From: a virus
Reading direction: 5' to 3' (one strand)
DNA length: 64,000 bases
Virus record (IMG/VR): IMGVR_UViG_3300008055_000251
Shown: positions 25,022-34,427 of the stretch, piece by piece
How the letters are laid out: each line of letters starts with the position of its first letter
How positions within the stretch are numbered: position 1 is the first letter of the stretch
Notes under the pieces: generated by a model
Seen by the model: the letters and a program-made list of their open reading frames with translations, nothing else
Databases searched by the model: none
What the model was told of the DNA's origin: nothing
Program-made: the position numbers and the translations under genes

Positions 25022-25273
25022 TCAGGAGGTAGGGGGGCCATTGCGTTTGCGTTGGGCCGAGCTCGGGGGGGAGTTGGGGGAATCTGTGATGTAGGCCCAA
25101 AGGGTGGAGGCGGCGCCGCCGGCGACGGTGAAGGCTTGGGTCCACTGGTTACCGCACTGGCCCGGTTTGCGGAGCTCACAGCTGGCGACGTTGGCGCTGG
25201 CCATCAGGAGCATGTAGCCGTAGCAGCCAACGAGGAGACGAAGGACAAGGCTGACGACGGCTGGGTGGTTCAC
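25022..25273 (-). CDS. putative holin-like membrane protein
   Basis: Two hydrophobic segments (VVSLVLRLLVGCYGYMLLMAS; AFTVAGGAASTLWAYI). Confidence 0.55.
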   Translation of the reverse strand: MNHPAVVSLVLRLLVGCYGYMLLMASANVASCELRKPGQCGNQWTQAFTVAGGAASTLWAYITDSPNSPPSSAQRKRNGPPTS

Positions 25274-25512
25274 TTCAGGGCCTCGAGTTTTGTGACTCGG
25301 CGGTCGAGGTCGTTAAGTAAGCCGTAGGTTTGTTTGCGATCTTCTTTGATATCGACGTGTATTTCTTCTAACCGGCTGGCTACATTTTCAACTGCAGTTG
25401 TTAGGCGGATTACAGTGTCTCGCCCGTCACGAGAGCGGCTGAATGCACTGCCGATACCCATAGCGCCGATGGTGATGGAAGCGCCGACGGCGGCGGCTGC
25501 GACTTCAATCAC
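25270..25512 (-). CDS. membrane-anchored coiled-coil protein (holin-associated)
   Basis: N-terminal TM segment then coiled coil RLTTAVENVASRLEEIH...LDRRVTKLEALK. Confidence 0.65.
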   Translation of the reverse strand: MIEVAAAAVGASITIGAMGIGSAFSRSRDGRDTVIRLTTAVENVASRLEEIHVDIKEDRKQTYGLLNDLDRRVTKLEALK

Positions 25513-25592
25513 GGGCTACATAGGGAGACTCCTAAAGCACAGTAGCGAGGGATTGAGGGCTGGGCAGGAAGAAGTAATAGAGAAGAGCTTGA

Positions 25593-25739
25593 TTAGATAA
25601 TCAAGGGTCTGCTATCTTGAGTCACTATGATTTCATTGGTTTCTGTTATTAGTCTCACAAATGCTGCAATAGGATTTAGTATGCCGGATTTCAGTGGAAT
25701 TTTGATGCTCTGTTTTGTGCTTTGCTTTAGCTGTAACAT
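25593..25739 (-). CDS. small hypothetical protein
   Basis: Manual translation MLQLKQSTKQSIKIPLKSGILNPIAAFVRLITETNEIIVTQDSRPLII; starts 2 nt after the upstream stop. Confidence 0.35.
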   Translation of the reverse strand: MLQLKQSTKQSIKIPLKSGILNPIAAFVRLITETNEIIVTQDSRPLII

Positions 25740-25741
25740 GG

Positions 25742-26071
25742 CTAAGCCACTCCTAATTTTGCGCTTACGGTGGGCGAGCCACCGCTGATGCTAACTAGAT
25801 TCAAGCGTGCATAAAGTATGGGGCAGCCGGTTAAGGCGTAGCCGTAAGTGCCAGCGCTTGTAAGTGTGATATTTGATTCGTCCGAGCTTAGGTTGAAGTA
25901 GTTAATGTTGTCTACGCTGCCTTCTAGTCTGATGGTAACCGAAGTGCCTATGTTGGCTACGGTGACTTGAAAGGCTAGGTTTGTGCCGTTTACTGTACGG
26001 GGAGTTGTCGTACCTACGGCGTTTACAGATCCTAGATCTATAGTTTGATACCCCAGTGGACCGAGTTCCAT
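25742..26071 (-). CDS. beta-rich hypothetical structural protein
   Basis: VTIRLEGSVDNINYFNL...ARLNLVSISGG. Confidence 0.65.
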   Translation of the reverse strand: MELGPLGYQTIDLGSVNAVGTTTPRTVNGTNLAFQVTVANIGTSVTIRLEGSVDNINYFNLSSDESNITLTSAGTYGYALTGCPILYARLNLVSISGGSPTVSAKLGVA

Positions 26072-26154
26072 GGTGTCACCGCTGCGGTAATTTGCCTGAT
26101 GCTACGGGCACTATAGCGACGGTTTACCGTAGGCATTCAGGGCGAAGTTGAGTG

Positions 26155-26298
26155 CTAGCGGCCTTGCCCACGCAGCTTTTTACGCCCTCGGCGCGCTGGG
26201 CGCGAGTGTTGACCTTGGCCTTGAGCTGTGGTTTTTGGGGAGCCGGGCTGAAAGACGAGACGAGCGGCAGATACGCCCGTTTTGCTTTTGACAGCCAA
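26155..26298 (-). CDS. small highly basic protein
   Basis: Not in the ORF track; manual translation from TTG: MAVKSKTGVSAARLVFQPGSPKTTAQGQGQHSRPARRGRKKLRGQGR. Confidence 0.65.
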   Translation of the reverse strand: MAVKSKTGVSAARLVFQPGSPKTTAQGQGQHSRPARRGRKKLRGQGR

Positions 26299-26351
26299 AG
26301 CTTTCTGAACGGCTCCTCTACATTACGGCTGCTGTGCCAATCCGCTGCGAA

Positions 26352-26678
26352 TCAGGCTGCAGCCGCGTTCCACCCATCAGGTAGTCCGGCGATCCTCGTA
26401 GGTGCGTGCTTCTCATCGAGCTGCGCCTGGAGGGCGGCCTCGATTTCTGCCACTTTTTCAGCGGTCAGCTTCTCTTTCACCCAGTCAACCACGATCTCTT
26501 CCGTCAGTGAGTCAAACGGAATGAGTTCGGTTTTGGGACGCTCAAGGCCGATGGAGCCGTACGCGCCCGCGCTGTACGAAGAGTCGTTCGCGTCGATCAC
26601 ATAATGAGCCGTGTAGACATAACCGTCTGAGACCTCCCGCTCTAGCTGCGAGATCTTCCAGGTGAAGGTGGTGGCCAT
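26352..26678 (-). CDS. tail-fibre-associated small protein
   Basis: TTFTWKISQLER...VYTAHY...IPFDSLTEEIVVDWVKEKL pattern frequent beside cyanophage fibres. Confidence 0.75.
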   Translation of the reverse strand: MATTFTWKISQLEREVSDGYVYTAHYVIDANDSSYSAGAYGSIGLERPKTELIPFDSLTEEIVVDWVKEKLTAEKVAEIEAALQAQLDEKHAPTRIAGLPDGWNAAAA

Positions 26679-26740
26679 GAGTGAAGTGGCGATGGTTCAG
26701 GTTACAGCCCAAAATGGGCTGCGACGTGGGCTAACTAGCT

Positions 26741-26920
26741 TCAGCCGATCTTGATACCGCCGTCTGAACTCATGGTGATCGAAGCGCCGCCCGTCATCTT
26801 GATCGAGCCGCCTTCTTTCATTTCAACAGTGACGCCATCAACCTTTTCGGCAACGTGCTCAACGAGCTTGGTCACGTCTTCGTCGTTGTCTTCGGCGCTG
26901 ATGATGTAGGTGTCAGACAT
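26741..26920 (-). CDS. small acidic hypothetical protein
   Basis: MSDTYIISAEDNDED...GGIKIG. Confidence 0.5.
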   Translation of the reverse strand: MSDTYIISAEDNDEDVTKLVEHVAEKVDGVTVEMKEGGSIKMTGGASITMSSDGGIKIG

Positions 26921-26966
26921 GGGGTGGTGGTTGAGAGAAGGACTGTAGGACAACTAGAGAAGGGGA

Positions 26967-29333
26967 CTAAGCAAGCTGGGCTTTAACAGCGGCCATTTCT
27001 GTTTCCAGTTGCTCGATGCGCTCCATTGCTTCCTGTAGCGCCTTCACCGCCTTCATGTAGAGCACCGAGTAGTTCACGCTCTTGGTGGTGGTGCCAAGGT
27101 CGTTGCCTTCGGCGTCACGGTCAGGGGATTCGGTGACAAGACCAGGGGAGACAAGCTCAACCTCTTGGGCGACAAGACCGATCTGGGTGTGGGTCTGACC
27201 TTCCTTAAAGTTATACTTGCGGACCTGAAGAGCTTTGACATCATTCCATTGGGAGGTGGCATCAACAATGTTTTCCTTTAGTTTTGCATCAGAGAAAGCC
27301 GCATAACTGTTGTTGGCGTTTTCGATGTTGCCGTTTGTACGTACAGCAATTGCTGCTGTACCTCCGCCTGTATTATTAGTAGCTCCATAGGCTCCTAAGA
27401 TCAAATTGTTAGTAGTTCCAGCGGCAAGCGCAGTCCTTATCTCATGGCTATCGTTGGTACTATTAAACGTAAGAAGAGATCCACCGTTTGTAATCCTCAT
27501 CCGCTCCGTCGGAGAGCTCGCCCCATCCGCAGTAGTGGAGAACACTAATCTGGTCGGAAGATCAGTCGTGTCGCCAGAAGTAAATGGCTCGCCATCTACA
27601 TAAGCACCAATGGACGCACCATTATTTGTGGTTATACTTGTTCCGTCAGCTCCGTAAAACCGAATAAGACCAAGCTCATCGTTATTGATTACTGCAGTAT
27701 TCGCTCCTACTGCAGCTCCGCGTGTTTTTACTAAGTCAATTCTTGGTCCAACTGTATTTTCACCATTGTATACAAGAGATAACTCTTCAGCGGCCCCTCC
27801 TCCAGCCCCTTCAAGTTGTATCCGTGAGCCAATACTGCTACGCGCACTAGACGTGCCCACCAGGAGCCTGCCGGAGCTGTCGATGCGGACTACTTCACTA
27901 GCATCAATATTGGCGATGAAGGGCGCTGTAGAAGCGGCTGCACTTAGTGTTGTAGTACCATCTCTTGAAATACTTGAACGCACAACAGAAGCAGAACCTG
28001 CCGCAGTTCGCGTACTAAAATCCAGGCGAGTTGGCATGCTACCAGTACCTGGCACGGCATCAACACGACAGTTAATTGAACCTCCGTCTAGCCAATTTGT
28101 ACCATCTGCACCGTTAAAACTTACGCTGCCTAAAACGTCGCCGTTTTGCACAATAGTATTTGTGCCTACTGTGCTGCTTCTGGATTTAGATAAAATTAAC
28201 CCACCACCAAATTGATCGCTTCTAAATGAACCAATTTGAATATTTGCATTTAAATTAGCTCCTCTTGAAATTTGAACAGAAAGATCAGGCGAAAAAGTGT
28301 TGTATTGAGCTGCGCCAGATTGGCCAATAAGAAGCCTGCCGGAGCTGTCGATGCGGGCGCGTTCAAACTCCCCAGTGCCAGTGTCTGTATAAAACGAAAG
28401 AAACTTTCCGCCAGATCCTCCGAGCCTCGTTGCAGTTATTCGGGCTTCACCAGTTGCATCATTGGCATACAAATCAATTCCACTATTATTATGGCTGCCA
28501 CGGAAAACAACGCCAGCAGATGAGACAGTGCTGTGAACAATTGCGCTTGGGCTCGTGGTGCCGATGCCGACGTTGCCCGTGTTGCCCTTTACTGTTATGC
28601 GATTGCTTCCATTGGGCGTCTGAAGGAAAATATTGTTTGCACCCTTGACGTATGTATCGTTTCCATCACTAAAGAAGATGTCACCTTGGGCTGTTTTGCC
28701 TAAATAGACATCGCCACCTTGGACATCTAGTCGACCACCAGGCGAACTAGTTCCCACGCCCACGAGCCCTGCCGAGGTGATGCGCAGGCGTTCGCTTAAC
28801 GTAGATGCTGCAGATGTAGCTCTTGTAGAAAAAGCCAAATCACCTGCAGTATTATTTGAACCATCAGTGAGCAATCCTTTAATCGCTGCAAAAGAACCGC
28901 CTTGCGCACCAACTACAAAAGCGCCTCCTGCGCCGCCACTTGCATCGTTATGTCTGGCAACAATAAATGAACCATTATTGATTGAGGTAGAAAGATTGGC
29001 TGTTGTTTGACCACTTGCATTAAATACAACAACACCGCCATTTCCAGTGACTACAGCTCCTACTGAAATTGTTCCATCGCTGTTAATGAACAACCTGCCA
29101 GACCCACCAGTGCTGATGGCTACTTGGTCTGCGCCGGGGGAGTAAATGCCGGTGTTGGAGTCGTCATCAAACGCAATGCCAGGTGCGGCAGCAGACCCTG
29201 CGCTGGCATTTTTTAGTAAGTCAGCAATGCTGATCTTTTTTGTGGTATTGACCGCACTATCGACTATAGGTAAAACGTCACTGCTGACTGGATTAGTCAG
29301 CTGTGTCAGTTCGCTGATTTTAACGTTAGCCAC
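26967..29333 (-). CDS. tail fibre with C-terminal intramolecular chaperone (peptidase S74-like)
   Basis: MANVKISEL start; repeated ERxRIxSxGxxxxGT modules; C-terminal SDAKLKENI...QIGLVAQEVE...VNYSVL...KALQE. Confidence 0.9.
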   Translation of the reverse strand: MANVKISELTQLTNPVSSDVLPIVDSAVNTTKKISIADLLKNASAGSAAAPGIAFDDDSNTGIYSPGADQVAISTGGSGRLFINSDGTISVGAVVTGNGGVVVFNASGQTTANLSTSINNGSFIVARHNDASGGAGGAFVVGAQGGSFAAIKGLLTDGSNNTAGDLAFSTRATSAASTLSERLRITSAGLVGVGTSSPGGRLDVQGGDVYLGKTAQGDIFFSDGNDTYVKGANNIFLQTPNGSNRITVKGNTGNVGIGTTSPSAIVHSTVSSAGVVFRGSHNNSGIDLYANDATGEARITATRLGGSGGKFLSFYTDTGTGEFERARIDSSGRLLIGQSGAAQYNTFSPDLSVQISRGANLNANIQIGSFRSDQFGGGLILSKSRSSTVGTNTIVQNGDVLGSVSFNGADGTNWLDGGSINCRVDAVPGTGSMPTRLDFSTRTAAGSASVVRSSISRDGTTTLSAAASTAPFIANIDASEVVRIDSSGRLLVGTSSARSSIGSRIQLEGAGGGAAEELSLVYNGENTVGPRIDLVKTRGAAVGANTAVINNDELGLIRFYGADGTSITTNNGASIGAYVDGEPFTSGDTTDLPTRLVFSTTADGASSPTERMRITNGGSLLTFNSTNDSHEIRTALAAGTTNNLILGAYGATNNTGGGTAAIAVRTNGNIENANNSYAAFSDAKLKENIVDATSQWNDVKALQVRKYNFKEGQTHTQIGLVAQEVELVSPGLVTESPDRDAEGNDLGTTTKSVNYSVLYMKAVKALQEAMERIEQLETEMAAVKAQLA

Positions 29334-29713
29334 GACGGATCAGAACTGCCTTGCCCCAATCCTAGCGCTGGGTTAGATAGATGAGCCTCCCAGGGAAGCG
29401 ATATAGGCACTGCTTTTTCGGCTTCAGCAGTAGCAATAAGCTCATTATTCATAGCTATTTTAAGAGCTGTAATAGTGTCAGAATCAGCGGCTTCTATCCA
29501 CTGTTCCAAAAGCACTGGAGTAATCAAACTGAAATCTACAAATGATTGAGGATCCGGGCTCGGGAAGGAGACGGTGCGGTTCCGGTACGCATAGTAAGTA
29601 CCGTCAGTACCGACTAAGCGGTAATCAACCTGTAAAAGCACATTTACAAGGCCATTTGCCTCAGGAAGCGCCTTAGCGGAGCCGGACTGAATCTCGAGGA
29701 CGAAGGATGTCAT
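29306..29713 (-). CDS. tail-fibre-associated protein
   Basis: FVDFSLITPVLLEQWIE similar to the 26352-26678 protein. Confidence 0.65.
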   Translation of the reverse strand: MTSFVLEIQSGSAKALPEANGLVNVLLQVDYRLVGTDGTYYAYRNRTVSFPSPDPQSFVDFSLITPVLLEQWIEAADSDTITALKIAMNNELIATAEAEKAVPISLPWEAHLSNPALGLGQGSSDPSWLTLKSAN

Positions 29714-32700
29714 AGGACAACTTGGTAGGTAATGGTAGTGGCATTAGTAGTATTAATGCCTAGCTTGTGACCACGTAGTTGGATGTTCAGCGGTGTGAAA
29801 GTGGTCCAACTACCGATCTCGCCTGTGGATAAGCCAGATACGTACGCATTCACGTTAGGAGTGGCGGAACCTGTGACACTAAGGTCACCGCCAGCAACAG
29901 AGAACAAAGTATCAGCTACGTCGCCATAGAAAATTGTCATAGGCTCAATTCTGCATCCGGCCTCGGTGAGCGTACTTCTTGTCTTTACCGGTGTGCTACT
30001 CGTGGCAGATGTTTGGGAATCGTTGTAGTCACCGAATTTGCCATCAAAGCCACATGTATTAGTACTTCCTACTGCAAATGCATTGAATCTATTCCAGTTT
30101 CTATAAGTTGTAGACGTGGTACCAAATATGACATTTATGAAGTAACTAAATGCCGGACCTACGGTCTTCCATCCTGAATTTGATGGGTCAGATGTGCTGG
30201 TTGCCTTTCCTAGTGTTACAGTGCCGTTGCTATAGTTTGCGTATAATAATGTCCAGTTAACCCATGGAAAGTTATAATAGTATAACCCTAAGTTAGCGCG
30301 ACCAGCTATAGTGCCGAAATTTACGCAGATGGGAGTGCGTTGCTTAAGCGAAGATGGTCCAATCATTGATTGTGCGAACCCAGTATATCTATAGGTTGCT
30401 ATGTTAAATGTAAGACTGTAATGCTGTCTTGTGCGGATCGCCGCATAACTGCCGGTATTTACTTCACTACTGATCTTTGTATTACCTATTAAGCGTATTC
30501 CTGACATTGCGACAGGATCCGCTCCTACTTCAATAGCACTCTCAAATTGCCTTTCACCACCTATAATGCCCTCAGCTGCTGGCGAAATAGAGCCAAAAGC
30601 ACAGTTATAGACCTCTCCTTCTCGGTTAAATCTTATAAAAGCTCTAGCTCTATGGCCGTAGTAGCGTTTTGTGCCTGAGGCTGATTGCGCTTGCATTGTT
30701 ATTTCTCTGATAAAATAGTTTAGGCTATTATCAGGATCAGCAAAAGCAGCATCACGCCAGTTAGTTACTGATATACGCTCGCGCGTGAAGACCGAGTCGG
30801 GAATTAATGCCTTGCCCGCAGTGATACCACGATAACCTGCTGTAACTGTTTCAGTTACTCCCCACCAAGCAACGCCAATTACAACCCCACGATAATTAAA
30901 GTTAAAGCTAAAAGGATATACAAGAGACAATGCGTATCCTTCTCCTGGCGATATGCCATTGTCTCCATAATCTATGTACGGTGAAGATAAGAATATGGGC
31001 TGCTTAGTCGGATCTAAATAATGAGAATATGTTTCATTTTCTCCTCCAAAGAAAGGTATTGTGCCACCGTCGGAGTCATTGTTTAGATAAGTATTGGCTG
31101 CATAGTCCCATGCTCGTACGATCGCTATCGTATTAAAATCGACTCCAAACTGATCCAGATAAACGCCTGCGCCCAGTCTGTACTCAATAGTGGCTGTAGG
31201 TCCAAATGCTTGATTTGCGTAGTTTACTGCTGCTGCGAGAGAGCGAATTGCCTTTGCAGGATTGTTCAAAGGTGGATCAGATAGCAACACATTTATGTCT
31301 GTATCACTGCGTGCTGCATCCGGGCGTACGTAAATATACTGAACACCTACTGGGGTGCTGGCAAGTCGGTTATGTAGTTTCCAGTATTCAAGTCCTTTCT
31401 TGGTCACTACTACTGGATCGGCGTTAATGCTGTTATCTAGCTGCGAGTCGTTGCCACCAAATATAGAAGCTCCATCACGTAACTCCGATGCACTTGCAAG
31501 CTCAACGGGGCCTGCAGTGGTCGTAGTTGTGGTTATTGCTGGTAGTTGTGCAGTGTTATTGACAATAAGATTGTCGACCTCGATCCGACTTGCGGACAAG
31601 CCATTGGGAAAATCTGTGATTTGAAAATCATCGAGAGTGGAGCTACCGATGGCATCTACACTCAATGTGGCGCCAGTTTCGACGTCTTCTAACCCACGCG
31701 GTGTGATATTGAAACCGTCCTCGTTGCTTCCTTGAGGGACGACGCGGCCACCGCTATCGCTGGTGAAGTAGTAGGTAAACTTGTTCTGAGGACCTAGTTC
31801 TTGCTGGGCGGCAGGTAGTGCCTTGGAGTAATTCAAGAAACCGGCCCATTCCCAGGCGTGTCCGTAAAGCCGAAGAACTGAAGGGCGGCGGAACTCAACT
31901 GCCCAGTTACCGAGGCCGGTTGCGGCTCGGCCTGACGGGCTTACGGGAAAATCAGCCGAGCTGGTCGGGTCACGGTCTCGTTGATTAGCTGCGCGCGGTA
32001 CTAGCGCATCGTGCGCGGCCGTGGAGCTGAAGCCCAGCGCTACCAAGAAGGCGTGAACACCGAGGTAGTCCACACCAGTGCGGTACTGATTGCGGAGAGC
32101 GCCCTCGGTTGTCCAACCAGTGTTGAAGTTAAGACCAAGTGTTTCACTATTGGCATTATCGCTTGTGTCAGTATCAAGAAATACGATGGGAGCTTCGTTT
32201 GCTGTGCTGTCTTCTGGGTTGTAATCAGAACGCATGTGGACATAAGCTTCTCCCCATGTAGCAGGATTAGGACCACCGCTCGCACCAGTAGTTTGATCAA
32301 CTAAGGACTGATAGTGTTTGCCTTGATACTTGACAACTGTACCTGCACGATAAAAAGTGCTGGTTGCATAGCTAATGTCAGGTGCGCCACGGCGCAATGT
32401 GATCTCAGACGTTCTCGCGACGCCAGTGGATTGCGTGTCGCCTATACCTGTCGCGCCTACTAGGATTACGTCATCACCAGTAGAGCTGAATAGAGCGCTA
32501 ACGGCACCTCCAGCACGATTTGGGTCTGTCTGCAAGATAAAATTACGCTGAGGCAGTCGGGATACAGCTGTGTTATTCAGCTTGATAGAAACGCGACGCT
32601 CCTCGGGTGTGCGTGTATCGACTAAACGTCGGATGTAGACTCGTTTACCGACAGCGAAGCTTACACCAGTATCAGGATTAATACCAGGAGCTGCATTAGT

Positions 32701-34389
32701 ACCTGATTGCTGTAGAGCTCCGGTGACGTTGATTTCGTTAGGATTGGCAGATGACCATGCAGCAGCAGTGAAGCTTGTGCGCCAGTGGTCGCCTACCGGA
32801 TTCTCTACCCACAGGCGAGTGCCACTGGCGAAGGTATAACCATCACGCAGAAGTATGGCTGGGACTGTGGTGCTCTTGGAGTCAGTAGCAAGGGCGGTGT
32901 CGAGTGTAATTTTGGTTGCAGATATTGCAGCAATAGTGCCTAGATAGATTCTACGTATATTGCCGGTTTTTTCTCCTAGGTTTAGCGGAACACGAATTGC
33001 ATCGACGGTCCAGTTACGATCTAACGGGAAAGCGAATGATTTGTATCCTTTGCTGATTGCTGCACATCCACCAAAGCTGCTATTACTATTGGTTATTGTA
33101 ATTTCACCGCCGCGATCGGTGAAGTGATGCGCACCTTGTCCAATAGCGAAGATTGAGACTTCCTGAATAAAAGCATCGTTGATTGCGCTTATGTGCCTGC
33201 TCATGCGTAGCGGATTCATCCGCACGTTGTCAGGATCGGCTGTGATGTACTGCTCGTAAGTCGTTGTAGTCCAACTGTTGCCGCTGTAGCGCTGCCAGCA
33301 GCTCATATCTTTCTGTAGCGACACCCCGGTGAAGTTGGCGGTCACCATGGATTTGAGGCCACTGACCTTGGCCCCATCCATGAACGCGCCCCCGAGGCCG
33401 TAGTTGGAGCGGACAGAGCAGTTGAAGATATAGGGAGATGCACTGCTGGTTGTATCCCAAGCTGATGTAGGAGCTTGGGTACGCTCGATAGGGCCTACAA
33501 TTTGGTATTCAGTACCGCGAGTAACAGTGAGCGCAGCAGCAAGGTCAGCTCCGTCACCGACAGCACTAAGTGTTTTCGCGTAAAAAGCATCTAGCTCTGC
33601 TTTGCTAGCAAAATGAAAAGCATCCAGTAGATGATGACTGCTGTCATTATTGACTTTATCCATTACAGTAAAACCAAAGAAATATCCTGTTCCCGTAATC
33701 TTTAGCATTCCACGACGATTGCTATAGTCTGCTGCTTCATCTGCTACAGCAGGTACCCAATTTGGGCGGATGGTGACCTTACGGAGGTCGGCTCCGCAGA
33801 GCGAGCAGCCACGAGGAAGCAGCACACCTCCGACAGTTGCAGGATTAAACTTAATAAGGTCTGCAGTGCTGGGATTTTTTGAAGTACCCCAGCTGGTGAT
33901 TGAAGTACTAGCTTCGCCTGGATCGTTATATAAAGTATGTACTCCTGGTGCTAGTACGATGCTGACGCAGTCAACATGCGCAGCCGGATCTGTTATGGTA
34001 TACCAGTCTTTGCTGGTGATAATAGCTGCTTCGATTACAGCCCGGTTGATTGTTCGGAATGGCCGCTGAGGCGTAAAGCCACACGTCAGACGTTGCTTTT
34101 CAAGTCGCTTCAGCTTGGATTCAATTACCTCTTGCTGTGTTGCACCGGCCTCGAAGCTGTTGTAAGCACCTCCTACGAATTCGTCACTACCTGTGTAGGG
34201 GTTTACATACAGCGTAAAAGGTGCGTTGAGTGGATCAACTTGGGATGAATCACCAGCAGATACAGCAGCATTGCCAGCTATTTGGCGCATCAAGTCGTTG
34301 AGCGCCGCGATCTGAGCTCGGAACTCGCCCTGCGTTGCATTGATATCGCTCAAAGAGCCGCTGTCACCGGCAAACCCAAGAGTGGCCAC
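29710..34389 (-). CDS. large tail fibre/spike structural protein
   Basis: 1559 aa, beta-rich, LYVNPYTGSD and PFRTINRA pectin-lyase-like entry motifs; located in the tail module. Confidence 0.8.
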   Translation of the reverse strand: MATLGFAGDSGSLSDINATQGEFRAQIAALNDLMRQIAGNAAVSAGDSSQVDPLNAPFTLYVNPYTGSDEFVGGAYNSFEAGATQQEVIESKLKRLEKQRLTCGFTPQRPFRTINRAVIEAAIITSKDWYTITDPAAHVDCVSIVLAPGVHTLYNDPGEASTSITSWGTSKNPSTADLIKFNPATVGGVLLPRGCSLCGADLRKVTIRPNWVPAVADEAADYSNRRGMLKITGTGYFFGFTVMDKVNNDSSHHLLDAFHFASKAELDAFYAKTLSAVGDGADLAAALTVTRGTEYQIVGPIERTQAPTSAWDTTSSASPYIFNCSVRSNYGLGGAFMDGAKVSGLKSMVTANFTGVSLQKDMSCWQRYSGNSWTTTTYEQYITADPDNVRMNPLRMSRHISAINDAFIQEVSIFAIGQGAHHFTDRGGEITITNSNSSFGGCAAISKGYKSFAFPLDRNWTVDAIRVPLNLGEKTGNIRRIYLGTIAAISATKITLDTALATDSKSTTVPAILLRDGYTFASGTRLWVENPVGDHWRTSFTAAAWSSANPNEINVTGALQQSGTNAAPGINPDTGVSFAVGKRVYIRRLVDTRTPEERRVSIKLNNTAVSRLPQRNFILQTDPNRAGGAVSALFSSTGDDVILVGATGIGDTQSTGVARTSEITLRRGAPDISYATSTFYRAGTVVKYQGKHYQSLVDQTTGASGGPNPATWGEAYVHMRSDYNPEDSTANEAPIVFLDTDTSDNANSETLGLNFNTGWTTEGALRNQYRTGVDYLGVHAFLVALGFSSTAAHDALVPRAANQRDRDPTSSADFPVSPSGRAATGLGNWAVEFRRPSVLRLYGHAWEWAGFLNYSKALPAAQQELGPQNKFTYYFTSDSGGRVVPQGSNEDGFNITPRGLEDVETGATLSVDAIGSSTLDDFQITDFPNGLSASRIEVDNLIVNNTAQLPAITTTTTTAGPVELASASELRDGASIFGGNDSQLDNSINADPVVVTKKGLEYWKLHNRLASTPVGVQYIYVRPDAARSDTDINVLLSDPPLNNPAKAIRSLAAAVNYANQAFGPTATIEYRLGAGVYLDQFGVDFNTIAIVRAWDYAANTYLNNDSDGGTIPFFGGENETYSHYLDPTKQPIFLSSPYIDYGDNGISPGEGYALSLVYPFSFNFNYRGVVIGVAWWGVTETVTAGYRGITAGKALIPDSVFTRERISVTNWRDAAFADPDNSLNYFIREITMQAQSASGTKRYYGHRARAFIRFNREGEVYNCAFGSISPAAEGIIGGERQFESAIEVGADPVAMSGIRLIGNTKISSEVNTGSYAAIRTRQHYSLTFNIATYRYTGFAQSMIGPSSLKQRTPICVNFGTIAGRANLGLYYYNFPWVNWTLLYANYSNGTVTLGKATSTSDPSNSGWKTVGPAFSYFINVIFGTTSTTYRNWNRFNAFAVGSTNTCGFDGKFGDYNDSQTSATSSTPVKTRSTLTEAGCRIEPMTIFYGDVADTLFSVAGGDLSVTGSATPNVNAYVSGLSTGEIGSWTTFTPLNIQLRGHKLGINTTNATTITYQVVL

Positions 34390-34427
34390 GCTTCCTTGGT
34401 CTTAGTTGATTTGAGTCTACCGACAGT

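Noticed and set aside
26967-34389. Diversity-generating retroelement acting on tail fibres
   Set aside because: No reverse transcriptase and no TR/VR pair differing at adenines seen in the window
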